Origin: a bacterium
GTDB lineage: Bacteria > Zixibacteria > MSB-5A5 > GN15 > FEB-12
Reading direction: 5' to 3'
Length of the DNA stretch: 64,000 bases
Assembly (NCBI GenBank): GCA_043811375.1
Contig: JBDRNJ010000014.1
Location: 1-64,000 of the forward strand
Shown: piece after piece, positions 1-9,120 of the stretch
How the letters are laid out: each line of letters begins with the position of its first letter
Position numbering within the stretch: the first letter of the stretch is position 1
Notes under the pieces: model-generated
Seen by the model: the letters and a program-made list of their open reading frames with translations, nothing else
What the model was told of the DNA's origin: nothing
The model's database searches: none
Translations under genes and position numbers: made by a program

Positions 1-205
1 TAACTGCTGGGACAACGCTTGCGTTGAATCGTTTTTTGCCACTCTCAAGACCGAATTGGTTGCTTTCGAGCGCTTTGAGAGTCGCGATCAGGCTCGCCAG
101 AAGCTCTTTGCCTGGATTGAAACGAAGTATAACCGAACCCGACGCCACTCGACACTCGGCCAGATAAGCCCTGTTGACTATGAACAAAAATTATTACATG
201 CTTAG
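1..205 (+). CDS. IS3-family transposase OrfB, C-terminal fragment (runs off window start)
   Basis: Frame starting at nt 2 reads NCWDNACVESFFATLKTE...WIETKYNRTRRHSTLGQISPVDYE, the typical IS3 integrase-core C-terminus; stop TAG at 203-205. Not in the ORF track. Confidence 0.9.
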   Translation, partial: NCWDNACVESFFATLKTELVAFERFESRDQARQKLFAWIETKYNRTRRHSTLGQISPVDYEQKLLHA

Positions 206-235
206 AAAACCGTCCACCAAAACGGGGGAAGATCA
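1..235 (+). mobile_element. IS3-family insertion sequence, right end
   Basis: Transposase end followed by CCGTCCACCAAAACGGGGGAAGATCA, an IS3-like right inverted repeat ending in CA at 235. Confidence 0.8.
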
Positions 236-300
236 TACCAGACCTTCCCTACGAAAACTGATTGGATCACTGATAACCGCCCACAGTGCCTGACGCGGTA

Positions 301-1242
301 TTAGAGTTGCGACGCCGTAGACAGCGAAGCCAGCCAGTCCAGCATGAGTTTTCGAGTTGCACTGGTACAATTGGTCATTCCAATCATTCGACCACGAAAG
401 ATACCGACCAGAATGCGACCGCTGTAGATATCATCCACGTAAAAGCCACGACCTTCGTCAAAGGGGAAATCGTCACCCGCTGATTCGATTGTAGATGTCT
501 CTACGGCATTTTGTGACCATTGCAGAAAGCATCCCTCAGGGTTATCAAGACAAAGAAAAAGAGTAGTCGTATCCGGTCCCGTAATAAAACGACGAGTGTA
601 TATCTGCGAGAGGAACTCATACCCCAGATACGATTGTGCAAAATACCGCTCGGATACCGGCACGGCCCCTTCCGAGGGGAATTCACCAAAAGTCTCCGGC
701 AGACTGGTTGTTCCCGGGAGCAGTTGGTCCAGTTGTTCGGCTGCCTGTGCCAGTGCATTATCGGTTGCTTCCGATCTGTCAAAACCGGTCAATTGAACCA
801 GGTAGTTGCCCCTGACAAAATGAATCGAAGCCGTCGAAACGAAACCTGCCACTCCCAGCGCCGCCGGTCGGCAGTTGTCCGGTCGCAGGCTGGTATATAG
901 CCCGAAAGCATTTACGGCATTGTCAAAACGATAGATGTCGGCCGTGAACTCAATATTGCCGGTGCGGTAGTCGGCCGTGGCCACCTCCACGAAGTTGAAC
1001 TGGTGGTAAAGTTCAGCGCCGCCGTTGATATACTCCCACAGAGAGTCACCGCAAAACACTCGAATATCCGACGAGCGCCCAGTCCCTGATTCACCCAGGG
1101 TTTCAGGCAGGAAGCGGTCGGTTGCATAAGAACCCGGGCTGTCTGAGTTTGACGAACATCCTAAGGCGGTAAAGGACAGCGACAGGATAGCTGCTATCGC
1201 CATCCGGGTGACCGCCGGGTTACGTTTTTGATGTGATACCAT
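301..1242 (-). CDS. Lipoprotein, DUF6599-like
   Basis: Lipobox ALGC; motif LWEYINGGAELY...ADIYRF..A.NAFGLY; last gene of the DUF362/4Fe-4S operon. Confidence 0.65.
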   Translation of the reverse strand: MVSHQKRNPAVTRMAIAAILSLSFTALGCSSNSDSPGSYATDRFLPETLGESGTGRSSDIRVFCGDSLWEYINGGAELYHQFNFVEVATADYRTGNIEFTADIYRFDNAVNAFGLYTSLRPDNCRPAALGVAGFVSTASIHFVRGNYLVQLTGFDRSEATDNALAQAAEQLDQLLPGTTSLPETFGEFPSEGAVPVSERYFAQSYLGYEFLSQIYTRRFITGPDTTTLFLCLDNPEGCFLQWSQNAVETSTIESAGDDFPFDEGRGFYVDDIYSGRILVGIFRGRMIGMTNCTSATRKLMLDWLASLSTASQL

Positions 1243-2911
1243 TGTCCGGGCTTTCTCTTTTTTTCAGCAAAATCTGGTTGTCCGGTGAGCGGGATTCACC
1301 CACCGAAGTGATGTATATTGCGGCCCGATCGGAAACGGGACAGGCGAATTCACAGGCACCGCAACCGGTGCAGAGCTCAGGATCAATATACGGTCGCTTG
1401 ACAATGATCGTTGTACCTTCCCGGTCATAAGTGGTTTCTTCCTTGAGGTAGATTGCTTTGGGTGATGTGGGACACCATTCTTCGCAGACAATACAGGGTG
1501 TAGCCATAGCCCAGGGAAGACACCGGCCACGATCCACGAAAGCCGTGCCAATACAGTTGGCCGGTGTGCGCTTGTCGCCGACTTTATCCTTCAACGTCAG
1601 TTCGGCAATGGCGCCGGTGGGGCAGACCTGGGTGCATAACGTGCAGGTTGGTTCACAGTAACCTATACGGGCAATCAGAATCGGTGTCCACATCCCTTCC
1701 AACCCTGATTCCAGCAGCGTCGGGTGCAGCGCGTTATTGGGACAGACCCGCATGCATTGACCGCACCTGATACAGCGGGCCAGAAATCCGTCTTCCGGAG
1801 TCGAACCGGGTGGTCGTATCAGCCGTGGGTTGGCATTGACCCCAAAGGCATCACCCGAACGAAACAGTGGCCGCAACGCCACACCGGCCGCCAGCGATGC
1901 TACTACCTGACGCCGGGACACGTCAATCCGGGGAGTGGCGGCAGGGTTAGTGGAGGACACTTCGTGTCCGGGATTGAACTTAAACCGCAGTGATCCGGTG
2001 GGACAGGCAGCCTGGCAGTTGAGACAGAGGTGGCATTCGGACTGGCGCCAGCGCGAGCCGATATCAGGGTTGTCCGCTCCCTGACAGGAAAGCAGGCACA
2101 GCTGGCACTTATCGCAGGTCGATTCCGTCTTCTGAAGTCCCAGCAGCGAGAAACGGGAGAAGATACCCAGCAGGGCGCCCAGCGGGCAAATGCCCCGACA
2201 CCAGAAGCGGGTGAAGACGCGGTTGAGGATCAGTATCAGCGCAAACAATAAGCCGATAGTCAGGATAGCGTGGTAATGGACGGTACGAAAGGGAAACAGC
2301 ACGGCAGCGACCAGATCATAAAGCCACTGAGCTAACGAGCCGACCGGTCCGATACCGAATGACTTCACCCAGCTCAACAAGCCGCCGGCGCCGCTGTGAA
2401 TCATCGGCAACACTACGGTACCGATCGATCGCGCCAGCAGCGGCAGCGGATCGAGAAGACCGGCCTGAAGCGAACCAACCGCCGCCGCTCCCAGAAAGAG
2501 AAAGAGGACGTAATACTTGATCCGCTGGTACTTGTGGTAACGATTGGAGGCGATCTTGTTGCGGCCCTTGCGCCCCAGTCGTTCCGACGGTATTTCGGCG
2601 ATCCAATGGTTCAGCGATCCTAAGGGACAGATCCAACCGCAGAAGAAACGCCCCAGGAAAATCGTCGGTGTCAAAATTACCAGCGACCACAACAAACCCT
2701 TATAGAGGGTGCCGTTAGCCAGCAACGTGGCCAGGGCGGTCAACGGATCAAACTGCAATGCGATTGAAACCGGGTAGGGCAGCCGTATCTCTGCCGACTC
2801 ACCGGGTGAGAAATCGACTTCGAAGTTTGTCTCCAGAATCAACCAGCAGAATATGACGAAAAAAACGATCTGTGACAGACGCCGCAGATTTCTTACGGTC
2901 CTGATCGTCAC
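1220..2911 (-). CDS. Membrane 4Fe-4S binding protein (NapH/MauN-like membrane part fused to NapG/MauM-like polyferredoxin)
   Basis: GRFFCGWICPLG and RFWCRGICPLG motifs, multiple CxxCxxCxxxCP motifs, IRPPG motif, TM helices. Confidence 0.9.
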   Translation of the reverse strand: MTIRTVRNLRRLSQIVFFVIFCWLILETNFEVDFSPGESAEIRLPYPVSIALQFDPLTALATLLANGTLYKGLLWSLVILTPTIFLGRFFCGWICPLGSLNHWIAEIPSERLGRKGRNKIASNRYHKYQRIKYYVLFLFLGAAAVGSLQAGLLDPLPLLARSIGTVVLPMIHSGAGGLLSWVKSFGIGPVGSLAQWLYDLVAAVLFPFRTVHYHAILTIGLLFALILILNRVFTRFWCRGICPLGALLGIFSRFSLLGLQKTESTCDKCQLCLLSCQGADNPDIGSRWRQSECHLCLNCQAACPTGSLRFKFNPGHEVSSTNPAATPRIDVSRRQVVASLAAGVALRPLFRSGDAFGVNANPRLIRPPGSTPEDGFLARCIRCGQCMRVCPNNALHPTLLESGLEGMWTPILIARIGYCEPTCTLCTQVCPTGAIAELTLKDKVGDKRTPANCIGTAFVDRGRCLPWAMATPCIVCEEWCPTSPKAIYLKEETTYDREGTTIIVKRPYIDPELCTGCGACEFACPVSDRAAIYITSVGESRSPDNQILLKKRESPDNGITSKT

Positions 2912-3864
2912 GAGATGATTTCCTTGTAACCGGCGGCATGATAGTCAATGTTCCCCAGACCGGCGGCAGCGGCCAGCGTGATATGACCGACATGGACACC
3001 GGTCAGACCCAGAAACTCCGCCGCCCGGGCATCAGCCGCCACTTGGTCGGTAGCGCACATGACCGAGTTCTCGATAGCGACATCATCCAGTGAACCACCC
3101 TGTGGTCCGGAGCGAAAGAGCACCCGGGTGGCATCGACCACCGTCAGGGTCGGTCGGGCATAGCGGGCCAGGTCGACAATCGACTGGTCGATCTGCTGAT
3201 GGAGTTGATTGCGGCGTCCACCCAAAATGCCAAACAGGTTCTTCATGCCCAGCGTGCACCTCGACAACGAGTGGTTCTTGACCAGGGGCATATTGATCAG
3301 GCGGTCGGTTTGTACGAAATACTTCAGCACCGGCCAGATGGAAAGTACCCTGCCCTTCAGATTAACCTGCACAAAATCCTCCGGCGTGGGCAGGATGACA
3401 CGCGCGCCGGCTTGCCGGGCGGCGTCCCTAATGCCGGAACGGATGAAACATCGTCGGGGATCATTGCAGGATACATCGGTGACAATAACTTCATCGGCGC
3501 CCGCTTTCAAACACTGCCGCACCATTTCGGCCACCAGGTCGGGATTGGTGTTGGCCGCCTGTGCCGGTGTGCGGTCCCAGCCGACGTTGGGCTTGATAGT
3601 GACCCGCTCTCCCGGATGAATAAAACGTCCGATACCACCGACCAGATCCAGAGCGCTTTTGAGTGCGTATGTCGGATCGTCATGCCGGACCAGTGCGATA
3701 CGGGGCAGGGAAACGTTGTCGGCCACGGTGAAGTCGGTCTTCAGGGTAGTAACACCGGCGTATGTTTCCAGTTGACGATTGTGAAACAGATAACCGACCC
3801 CGCCCGTCACTGCCGCCAGTGCGGCCGCCTGCCCGGTTTTTTTAAGAAACTCACGGCGCTCCAT
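2908..3864 (-). CDS. DUF362 domain protein with Tat signal
   Basis: MERREFLKK twin-arginine leader; IKPN, TNP, P.VKNH, TLGMKNLFG, D.VAAD motifs. Confidence 0.9.
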   Translation of the reverse strand: MERREFLKKTGQAAALAAVTGGVGYLFHNRQLETYAGVTTLKTDFTVADNVSLPRIALVRHDDPTYALKSALDLVGGIGRFIHPGERVTIKPNVGWDRTPAQAANTNPDLVAEMVRQCLKAGADEVIVTDVSCNDPRRCFIRSGIRDAARQAGARVILPTPEDFVQVNLKGRVLSIWPVLKYFVQTDRLINMPLVKNHSLSRCTLGMKNLFGILGGRRNQLHQQIDQSIVDLARYARPTLTVVDATRVLFRSGPQGGSLDDVAIENSVMCATDQVAADARAAEFLGLTGVHVGHITLAAAAGLGNIDYHAAGYKEIIS

Positions 3865-3976
3865 CGTTTACAACTCCCGCCGAGTAAAAAAACGGCCTCG
3901 GCGATTCAATATAGACGATAGTTGACAACGTTGCAAGCTGCACGCCGGAAGTGAACCGGCCGAGAGTAAGGCTACT

Positions 3977-4873
3977 TTAGTTGAGAATGTAACTGGCGGG
4001 GTTAACAGTCTTGCCGTTACGAATGACTTCGTAATGCAGATGCGGTCCGGTCGAGTATCCGGTGGATCCCATCAACCCGATAATATCGCCCCGTTTGACC
4101 CGTTGGCCGCGCTTGACCTTGATCTCCGAGAGGTGCGCATACCGGGTGCGGAAACCATAACCGTGATCTATCGCCACGATTTTTCCCAGTCCGCTGTTGC
4201 CCCCCACGCTGAACACCCGGCCATCAGCGGTGGCGATGATCGGCGTTCCCCGATGGTTGGCGATGTCCAGGCCTTGATGCATTTGTTTGTAGCCGGTGAA
4301 GGGGTCGTTCTTCATGCCGTAACCCCGCGACAACCATCCTCGGGAGGGCCAGATTGAGGGAGTGTGATTGAGTCGGTCCTGGAGACTGACCATTTTCGAC
4401 TCGATCTCAGCATATTTCTCAATTTCGAATTCCGACAGCCTCAGCAGCCGATCCACTTCGGTTTCGGTAGCCAGGGCTGTTTTCTCCGCTGGCGACATCA
4501 ATTCCACCATAGGTGACACCGGTCCACCGATACCCAGTTGCCGTTGCTGGGGTTCAATCTCTTCCAGGCCGAATATCGACCGCAGGTGGATCTCCTTTTT
4601 CACCAGGTCGGTGTAACGATCCTCAACTTCGGCCAGGTACCAGCGCAATTGCTCGTAACGTTCGGTCAGTTGCTCGTTTTCGGCTCGCAGAGCCTGCAGT
4701 TCCTGGTCGGAAACGCGATCGGAGAAAAACTCGGCTGAAAAGAAGAAGCTGCTAAACAGCAAAGAGATAACCACTCCGACGACCACATAAATTATGGCCA
4801 CCGGTATTCGCAATTGTTTGAGGATCCCCGTCGATCCGGGAATCAGCATCAATGTCAGTTTATTCTTCCACAT
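3977..4873 (-). CDS. M23 family peptidoglycan DD-metalloendopeptidase
   Basis: N-terminal TM helix, coiled coil, HQGLD, YAHL and STGPHLHYEV motifs. Confidence 0.95.
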   Translation of the reverse strand: MWKNKLTLMLIPGSTGILKQLRIPVAIIYVVVGVVISLLFSSFFFSAEFFSDRVSDQELQALRAENEQLTERYEQLRWYLAEVEDRYTDLVKKEIHLRSIFGLEEIEPQQRQLGIGGPVSPMVELMSPAEKTALATETEVDRLLRLSEFEIEKYAEIESKMVSLQDRLNHTPSIWPSRGWLSRGYGMKNDPFTGYKQMHQGLDIANHRGTPIIATADGRVFSVGGNSGLGKIVAIDHGYGFRTRYAHLSEIKVKRGQRVKRGDIIGLMGSTGYSTGPHLHYEVIRNGKTVNPASYILN

Positions 4874-4945
4874 CCATTATAGTCCGTAGCAATGTGTCCT
4901 GATCAGCAGGAGCACCCCCGGCGACGCCGCCGGATTTAAGGCGCG

Positions 4946-4974
4946 AAGTTACAGCCGGTTTCCCGAACTGTCAA
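4946..4974 (-). promoter_or_regulatory. Sigma70-type promoter for the M23 peptidase gene
   Basis: Minus strand reads TTGACA-N17-TAACTT about 70 nt upstream of the ATG. Confidence 0.6.
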
Positions 4975-4991
4975 GAAAAAATTGGCTGAGC

Positions 4992-5138
4992 CTACTTAAT
5001 CAGGATGAATTCCCGCTTAAGAACCTTGTTTACCACCGCCGCCAGCTTCTCGGTCTGCAGATTCTGCAAACTGTACAGATGCCAGTACGTCTTCCGCGGC
5101 AGGCCGATTCGGTGGCGTCTTTTCTTACTGTTTGCCAC
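4992..5138 (-). CDS. Small basic hypothetical protein (48 aa, MANSKKRRHRIGLPRKTYWHLYSLQNLQTEKLAAVVNKVLKREFILIK)
   Basis: GTG start at 5138 preceded by a GGAGGA Shine-Dalgarno; protein-like composition. Confidence 0.55.
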   Translation of the reverse strand: MANSKKRRHRIGLPRKTYWHLYSLQNLQTEKLAAVVNKVLKREFILIK

Positions 5139-5496
5139 TTGTCTGTCCTCCGGATGAACTCTCCAACCACCCGATAAGGACATGCCTCAGGCATAGCCGA
5201 TGTATCGGGCGAGACCCGGAAAGTGTTTAGCTGTTTTCTCCCATCCTCAGGGCTGCATACCGCGTGCCGACGACCATGGAGAGTGGCTGTTCTGATCGGG
5301 GCGACTAAGTGCCTGGTGCGCCAATTGTTAGTGCTGTTCAGTTTTTGCACAGGAGAAAGCGCTCCCCTGAAAGGGGCAACAGTATTGGCTCGAACCTATA
5401 CAGACTGTGCAGAAATCAATAATGTCGGTCTTACCGGCTCCGATTGACCCGGCTGACCGGATGGCTTAGATTGACATCCAAACATAGGAGAGCAAG

Positions 5497-6258
5497 ATGT
5501 CTGATCCGGACAATAAGATAGTGCTGATTACCGGGGCTTCATCGGGGATCGGCGAGGCCTGTGCCCGTCGTTTTGCCGCCGTCGGAGCCAATGTGATTTT
5601 GGCTGCCCGGCGGGGCGAACGGCTTGAGAAGCTGGCGGCGGCCCTGCCGGTTGACTGCCATGTCCTCGAACTTGATATACGCGACCGGGCAGCGGTCGAA
5701 AGAGCAATTGGTGGTTTACCGCCTCAGTGGGAAGAGATCAACTTGTTGATCAACAACGCCGGGTTGAGCCGGGGGCTGGACAAACTGCATACGGGAGAGA
5801 TTGACGGCTGGGAGGAGATGATCGACACCAACGTCAAGGGGCTATTGTATGTCAGTCGGGCGGTTATTCCCGGTATGGTTGCCCGTGGCCGGGGGCACAT
5901 TATCAATATCGGTTCCATTGCCGGTCACGAGGTCTATCCCGGCGGCAACGTCTACTGCGCCACCAAACATGCCGTCGACGCCATCACCAAAGGGATGCGG
6001 ATCGACCTGGTCGATACGCCGGTGCGGGTCTCTACCGTCGACCCCGGCCTGGTGCAGACGGAGTTCTCGCAGGTGCGCTTCTACGGCGACACAAATCGTG
6101 CCAAAGCCTTTTATCAGGGTTACACACCATTGACGGGTGACGACATTGCCGAGACGGTGGTCTGGATCGCTTCCCGCCCGGACCATGTGCAGATCGCCGA
6201 GGTAATCATCTTCCCCACCGCCCAGGCCTCAGCAATGGTGGTGCACAAGGAGGGGTAG
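5497..6258 (+). CDS. SDR family NADP-dependent oxidoreductase (YdfG-like)
   Basis: TGASSGIG, NNAG and YCATK motifs; GGAG RBS. Confidence 0.95.
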   Translation: MSDPDNKIVLITGASSGIGEACARRFAAVGANVILAARRGERLEKLAAALPVDCHVLELDIRDRAAVERAIGGLPPQWEEINLLINNAGLSRGLDKLHTGEIDGWEEMIDTNVKGLLYVSRAVIPGMVARGRGHIINIGSIAGHEVYPGGNVYCATKHAVDAITKGMRIDLVDTPVRVSTVDPGLVQTEFSQVRFYGDTNRAKAFYQGYTPLTGDDIAETVVWIASRPDHVQIAEVIIFPTAQASAMVVHKEG

Positions 6259-6488
6259 GAGGGAGCGTGTCAACGGCAAGCGGAGGGATAAACATGTGGA
6301 ACGTGGCAGTGAGAAAGTGCGAGCATCCGCCCAACAGTGGGACGGGAGAACTGAATTCAGAAGGGGAGGATTGAATTATGTCTAATGACCAAGTCGTGTT
6401 GAAGTCCATAGTTGTATACTGCCCCCCGTTAGTGACAGGTTATTGCTAAGCGAGTATCTTGTGGCCGATTTCACAAAGGAGGTTGGTC

Positions 6489-6761
6489 ATGAAACGACGG
6501 AATTGGGATGCGAAGACGAAGGCCAAAGTCGTTTTAGATGGCTTGTCTGGTCGGTCGGTATCGGAGATCTGCACGGAGTACGGAATCGGTCAGACACAGT
6601 ATTATCGTTGGCGGGATCAGTTTTTGAGCGGGGCACACCGGGCCTTTGATTCCGAGAAGGACGGCTCCGAGGTTCAGCGATTGAAGAAGAAGACGGCCAG
6701 ATATCAACAGATCATCGGTGCTTTGACGGTGGAGTTAAAAAAAACCGAGGACGAGTTATAA
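6489..6761 (+). CDS. IS3 transposase OrfA (HTH)
   Basis: MKRRNWDAKTKAKVVL...SVSEICTEYGI...YYRWRDQF HTH pattern; AAGGAGG RBS. Confidence 0.9.
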   Translation: MKRRNWDAKTKAKVVLDGLSGRSVSEICTEYGIGQTQYYRWRDQFLSGAHRAFDSEKDGSEVQRLKKKTARYQQIIGALTVELKKTEDEL

Positions 6762-7531
6762 TGCGGCGCCGATCAGAGTCGGTTATGTTTCGTAATGAAT
6801 CTCTGGTTGAGCGGATTCGTGAACTCAAGGCTGACCATCCGTTCTGGGGTTATCGTCGAGTGTGGGCATATCTTCGGTATGTTGAGGGCTTGGTGGTGAA
6901 CAAGAAGCGGGTGTACCGTCTGATGAAAGAGCATAACTTGACCGTCAGGCCGAATCAGCAGCTGAAAGCTAAGCGGTTGTCTTCCAGGCGGAAACCTCGG
7001 CCGGATCGTCCTAATCAGTGGTGGGGGATCGACATGACTAAGGTGATGACCGATTCAGGCTGGGTCTATATCGTGATAGTTCTGGACTGGTACTCGAAGA
7101 AAGTTGTCGGCCATTACTCAGGAGTTCAGGCCACATCTCGTCACTGGCTTGACGCGTTGGAGCGAGGCTTGAATCGTCAGTTCCCGGATGGTGTGCGAGG
7201 TCACAATCTGCATCTGATGTCGGACAATGGCTCGCAGCCTACTTCCCTGAGGTTCATGAAAGCCTGTTCGCATCTCCAGGTTAACCAGGCGTTCACCAGT
7301 TACAACAATCCGAAAGGGAACGCCGACACCGAGCGGATGATGCGAACCATGAAAGAGGAGCTTTTGTGGCTGCGGGAGTGGTTGGGTGCGACCGAGTTGA
7401 TCGGAGAACTTGATGGTTGGATCGAGAAATACAACCAAAGCTACCTGCATTCGGCTTTGGGCTATCGCCCGCCGAATCAGGCCGAAGAAACCTATAATCT
7501 GAGTCACAAGACTCTCTTAGAATCAGCTTGA
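6761..7531 (+). CDS. IS3 transposase OrfB (rve integrase core), probably fused to OrfA by -1 frameshift
   Basis: WGYRRV, W..D.T, SDNGSQ, N...ER and HSALGY..P motifs; A8 run at 6737-6744 with an open -1 frame leading into orfB. Confidence 0.92.
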   Translation: MRRRSESVMFRNESLVERIRELKADHPFWGYRRVWAYLRYVEGLVVNKKRVYRLMKEHNLTVRPNQQLKAKRLSSRRKPRPDRPNQWWGIDMTKVMTDSGWVYIVIVLDWYSKKVVGHYSGVQATSRHWLDALERGLNRQFPDGVRGHNLHLMSDNGSQPTSLRFMKACSHLQVNQAFTSYNNPKGNADTERMMRTMKEELLWLREWLGATELIGELDGWIEKYNQSYLHSALGYRPPNQAEETYNLSHKTLLESA

Positions 7532-7634
7532 CTAATGGGGAGCACTACACGACCACTCCCGCAACCACTCCCCCTTCATCGTTGCTGACGTCGGCTCCCG
7601 GTTTTACAGGTCTGTCGGTGTTGCTGTTGGCTTC

Positions 7635-8867
7635 TTAATCGAACTCCACCCGTTGGAAGTCCTCCCATTCGACCTCAACCTCATCGCCGTCTATCAGAGA
7701 TATGAAGATACCCCGGTTGTCTTCGTCGATGTCATTGGAACCGCTCAATCGGAATGAGCGCCCGTCGCGGAGTGTAACGATCGATGAACGGAAAGATTTC
7801 TTCTCGATAGATTTAATGAAACCGAACTCAATGTCAAAACTAATGTCACGGTAGTCGCCGTCGAGCAATTCCCAGGTGAACTCTTCGTCATTGTCCCAGG
7901 TGATGGCGCCCTCGAAGCTGTCGCCGTCTTCGTCATAGACGGTTCCTCTCAGGTGCCGGCCACCGTCAAAATCTTTATAGCGCACCGGCGGCTCGGGAGA
8001 GTCCGTAAAATCCAAACGGTCAAACTCATCCCATTTAACGATCACCTGCCCCAGGGCCGGATCCATGATGGCGATACCACGGTTGTCATCGTCAACGTCG
8101 TTAGTCCCGCGCAGCACCACTTCGTCTCCGTTCTTGAGCGTGACAGTAGCTCCGCTGGAACTGTAGCGCTCAATGGATGCTATTTTGCCGAACTTGATCT
8201 TGCGCGAGCGACGGTTGTCCTCACCGTCAAGAATGTCCACCGGGAACAGTTCATCGACATCCCAGCAAACCCAGCCGGTAAACTCATCACCTCGCCGGGT
8301 CATCAGAGTACCGTAGAGGCGTTCGCCAAAAATGGATTCCTCATCGGTGGGGGCATCCATAAATTCGATCATCTCCAGATCATCCCAGACCAGTTCGATT
8401 TCACCATCGTTTTCATCCTCGATAACTATTTCGCGGATGCCGTCACCGATATCGGTTGAGCCTTCCCGGAATTCGACTTCCTCACCCGACTTCAGTGTCA
8501 GCAGGGCGCCGTCATCGTCGATCACTTCCAGCATTTTTATATGACCGAAGCGGATGCCGGACTGGGCTGTCGACCACCAGTTGGTCGATGAACCACTGCT
8601 TCCGATTTTGAGACCGAATATCTCGATAGTCGTTTCCCGATCGCGGTACTTGCGACGAGATTTCTTCGCCTTCTCCTTTGGCATTTCCTTGGTGGCGTCC
8701 AGAATATCGACCCAGCTACCCTCGTTCTTGTCCCACCGGATGAAGCCCTGGAACTCATCTCCGTCCGTGGTGGTGATTTTGCCGTAGATACGGCCACTGT
8801 CATCGGCCCCGGCGGTCAGGGCAAAGACAGCAATTGCAGCCACAATGATTAGCACCATCCTGAGCAT
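7635..8867 (-). CDS. Secreted acidic protein with three tandem internal repeats
   Basis: Signal peptide; repeated G...T..GD.F.G...WD..E.....LD units. Confidence 0.8.
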   Translation of the reverse strand: MLRMVLIIVAAIAVFALTAGADDSGRIYGKITTTDGDEFQGFIRWDKNEGSWVDILDATKEMPKEKAKKSRRKYRDRETTIEIFGLKIGSSGSSTNWWSTAQSGIRFGHIKMLEVIDDDGALLTLKSGEEVEFREGSTDIGDGIREIVIEDENDGEIELVWDDLEMIEFMDAPTDEESIFGERLYGTLMTRRGDEFTGWVCWDVDELFPVDILDGEDNRRSRKIKFGKIASIERYSSSGATVTLKNGDEVVLRGTNDVDDDNRGIAIMDPALGQVIVKWDEFDRLDFTDSPEPPVRYKDFDGGRHLRGTVYDEDGDSFEGAITWDNDEEFTWELLDGDYRDISFDIEFGFIKSIEKKSFRSSIVTLRDGRSFRLSGSNDIDEDNRGIFISLIDGDEVEVEWEDFQRVEFD

Positions 8868-8917
8868 CTGTTATCCTCCATTTCCCGACATAATTGCTGA
8901 CAGTTACTAAGTCAATC

Positions 8918-8942
8918 TACGGAAGTGCAGGTCAAAAGGTTC
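8918..8942 (-). promoter_or_regulatory. Possible ECF-sigma promoter
   Basis: Minus strand reads GAAC-N17-CGTA upstream of the 8867 start. Confidence 0.4.
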
Positions 8943-9120
8943 TGTGGCAGTAATAGATTTTTCACCTGCGGTCCGGCGGCGCCAAAGATTAGTGAACCGC
9001 CATTGGGGTAAAGGGTTAGCCTGGAAAATTCATAAAGTTTATTGCCGTGTTATTTTGGAAAGCGGCAAGCAGGCCCGGAAGGGGGCGGCGATACGGCGAT
9101 TTGAAGGTTGGGAACCAATC

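Larger units (their letters stand above)
6413..7549 (+). mobile_element. Complete IS3-family insertion sequence (~1.14 kb)
   Basis: Imperfect terminal IRs TGTATACTGCCCCCCGTTAGTGA and TGACTAATGGGGAGCACTACA with TG...CA ends; orfA/orfB pair inside. Confidence 0.9.

Noticed and set aside
5160..5400. Cobalamin or cyclic-dinucleotide riboswitch
   Set aside because: Consensus boxes could not be matched on either strand; kept only as an unassigned structured region.
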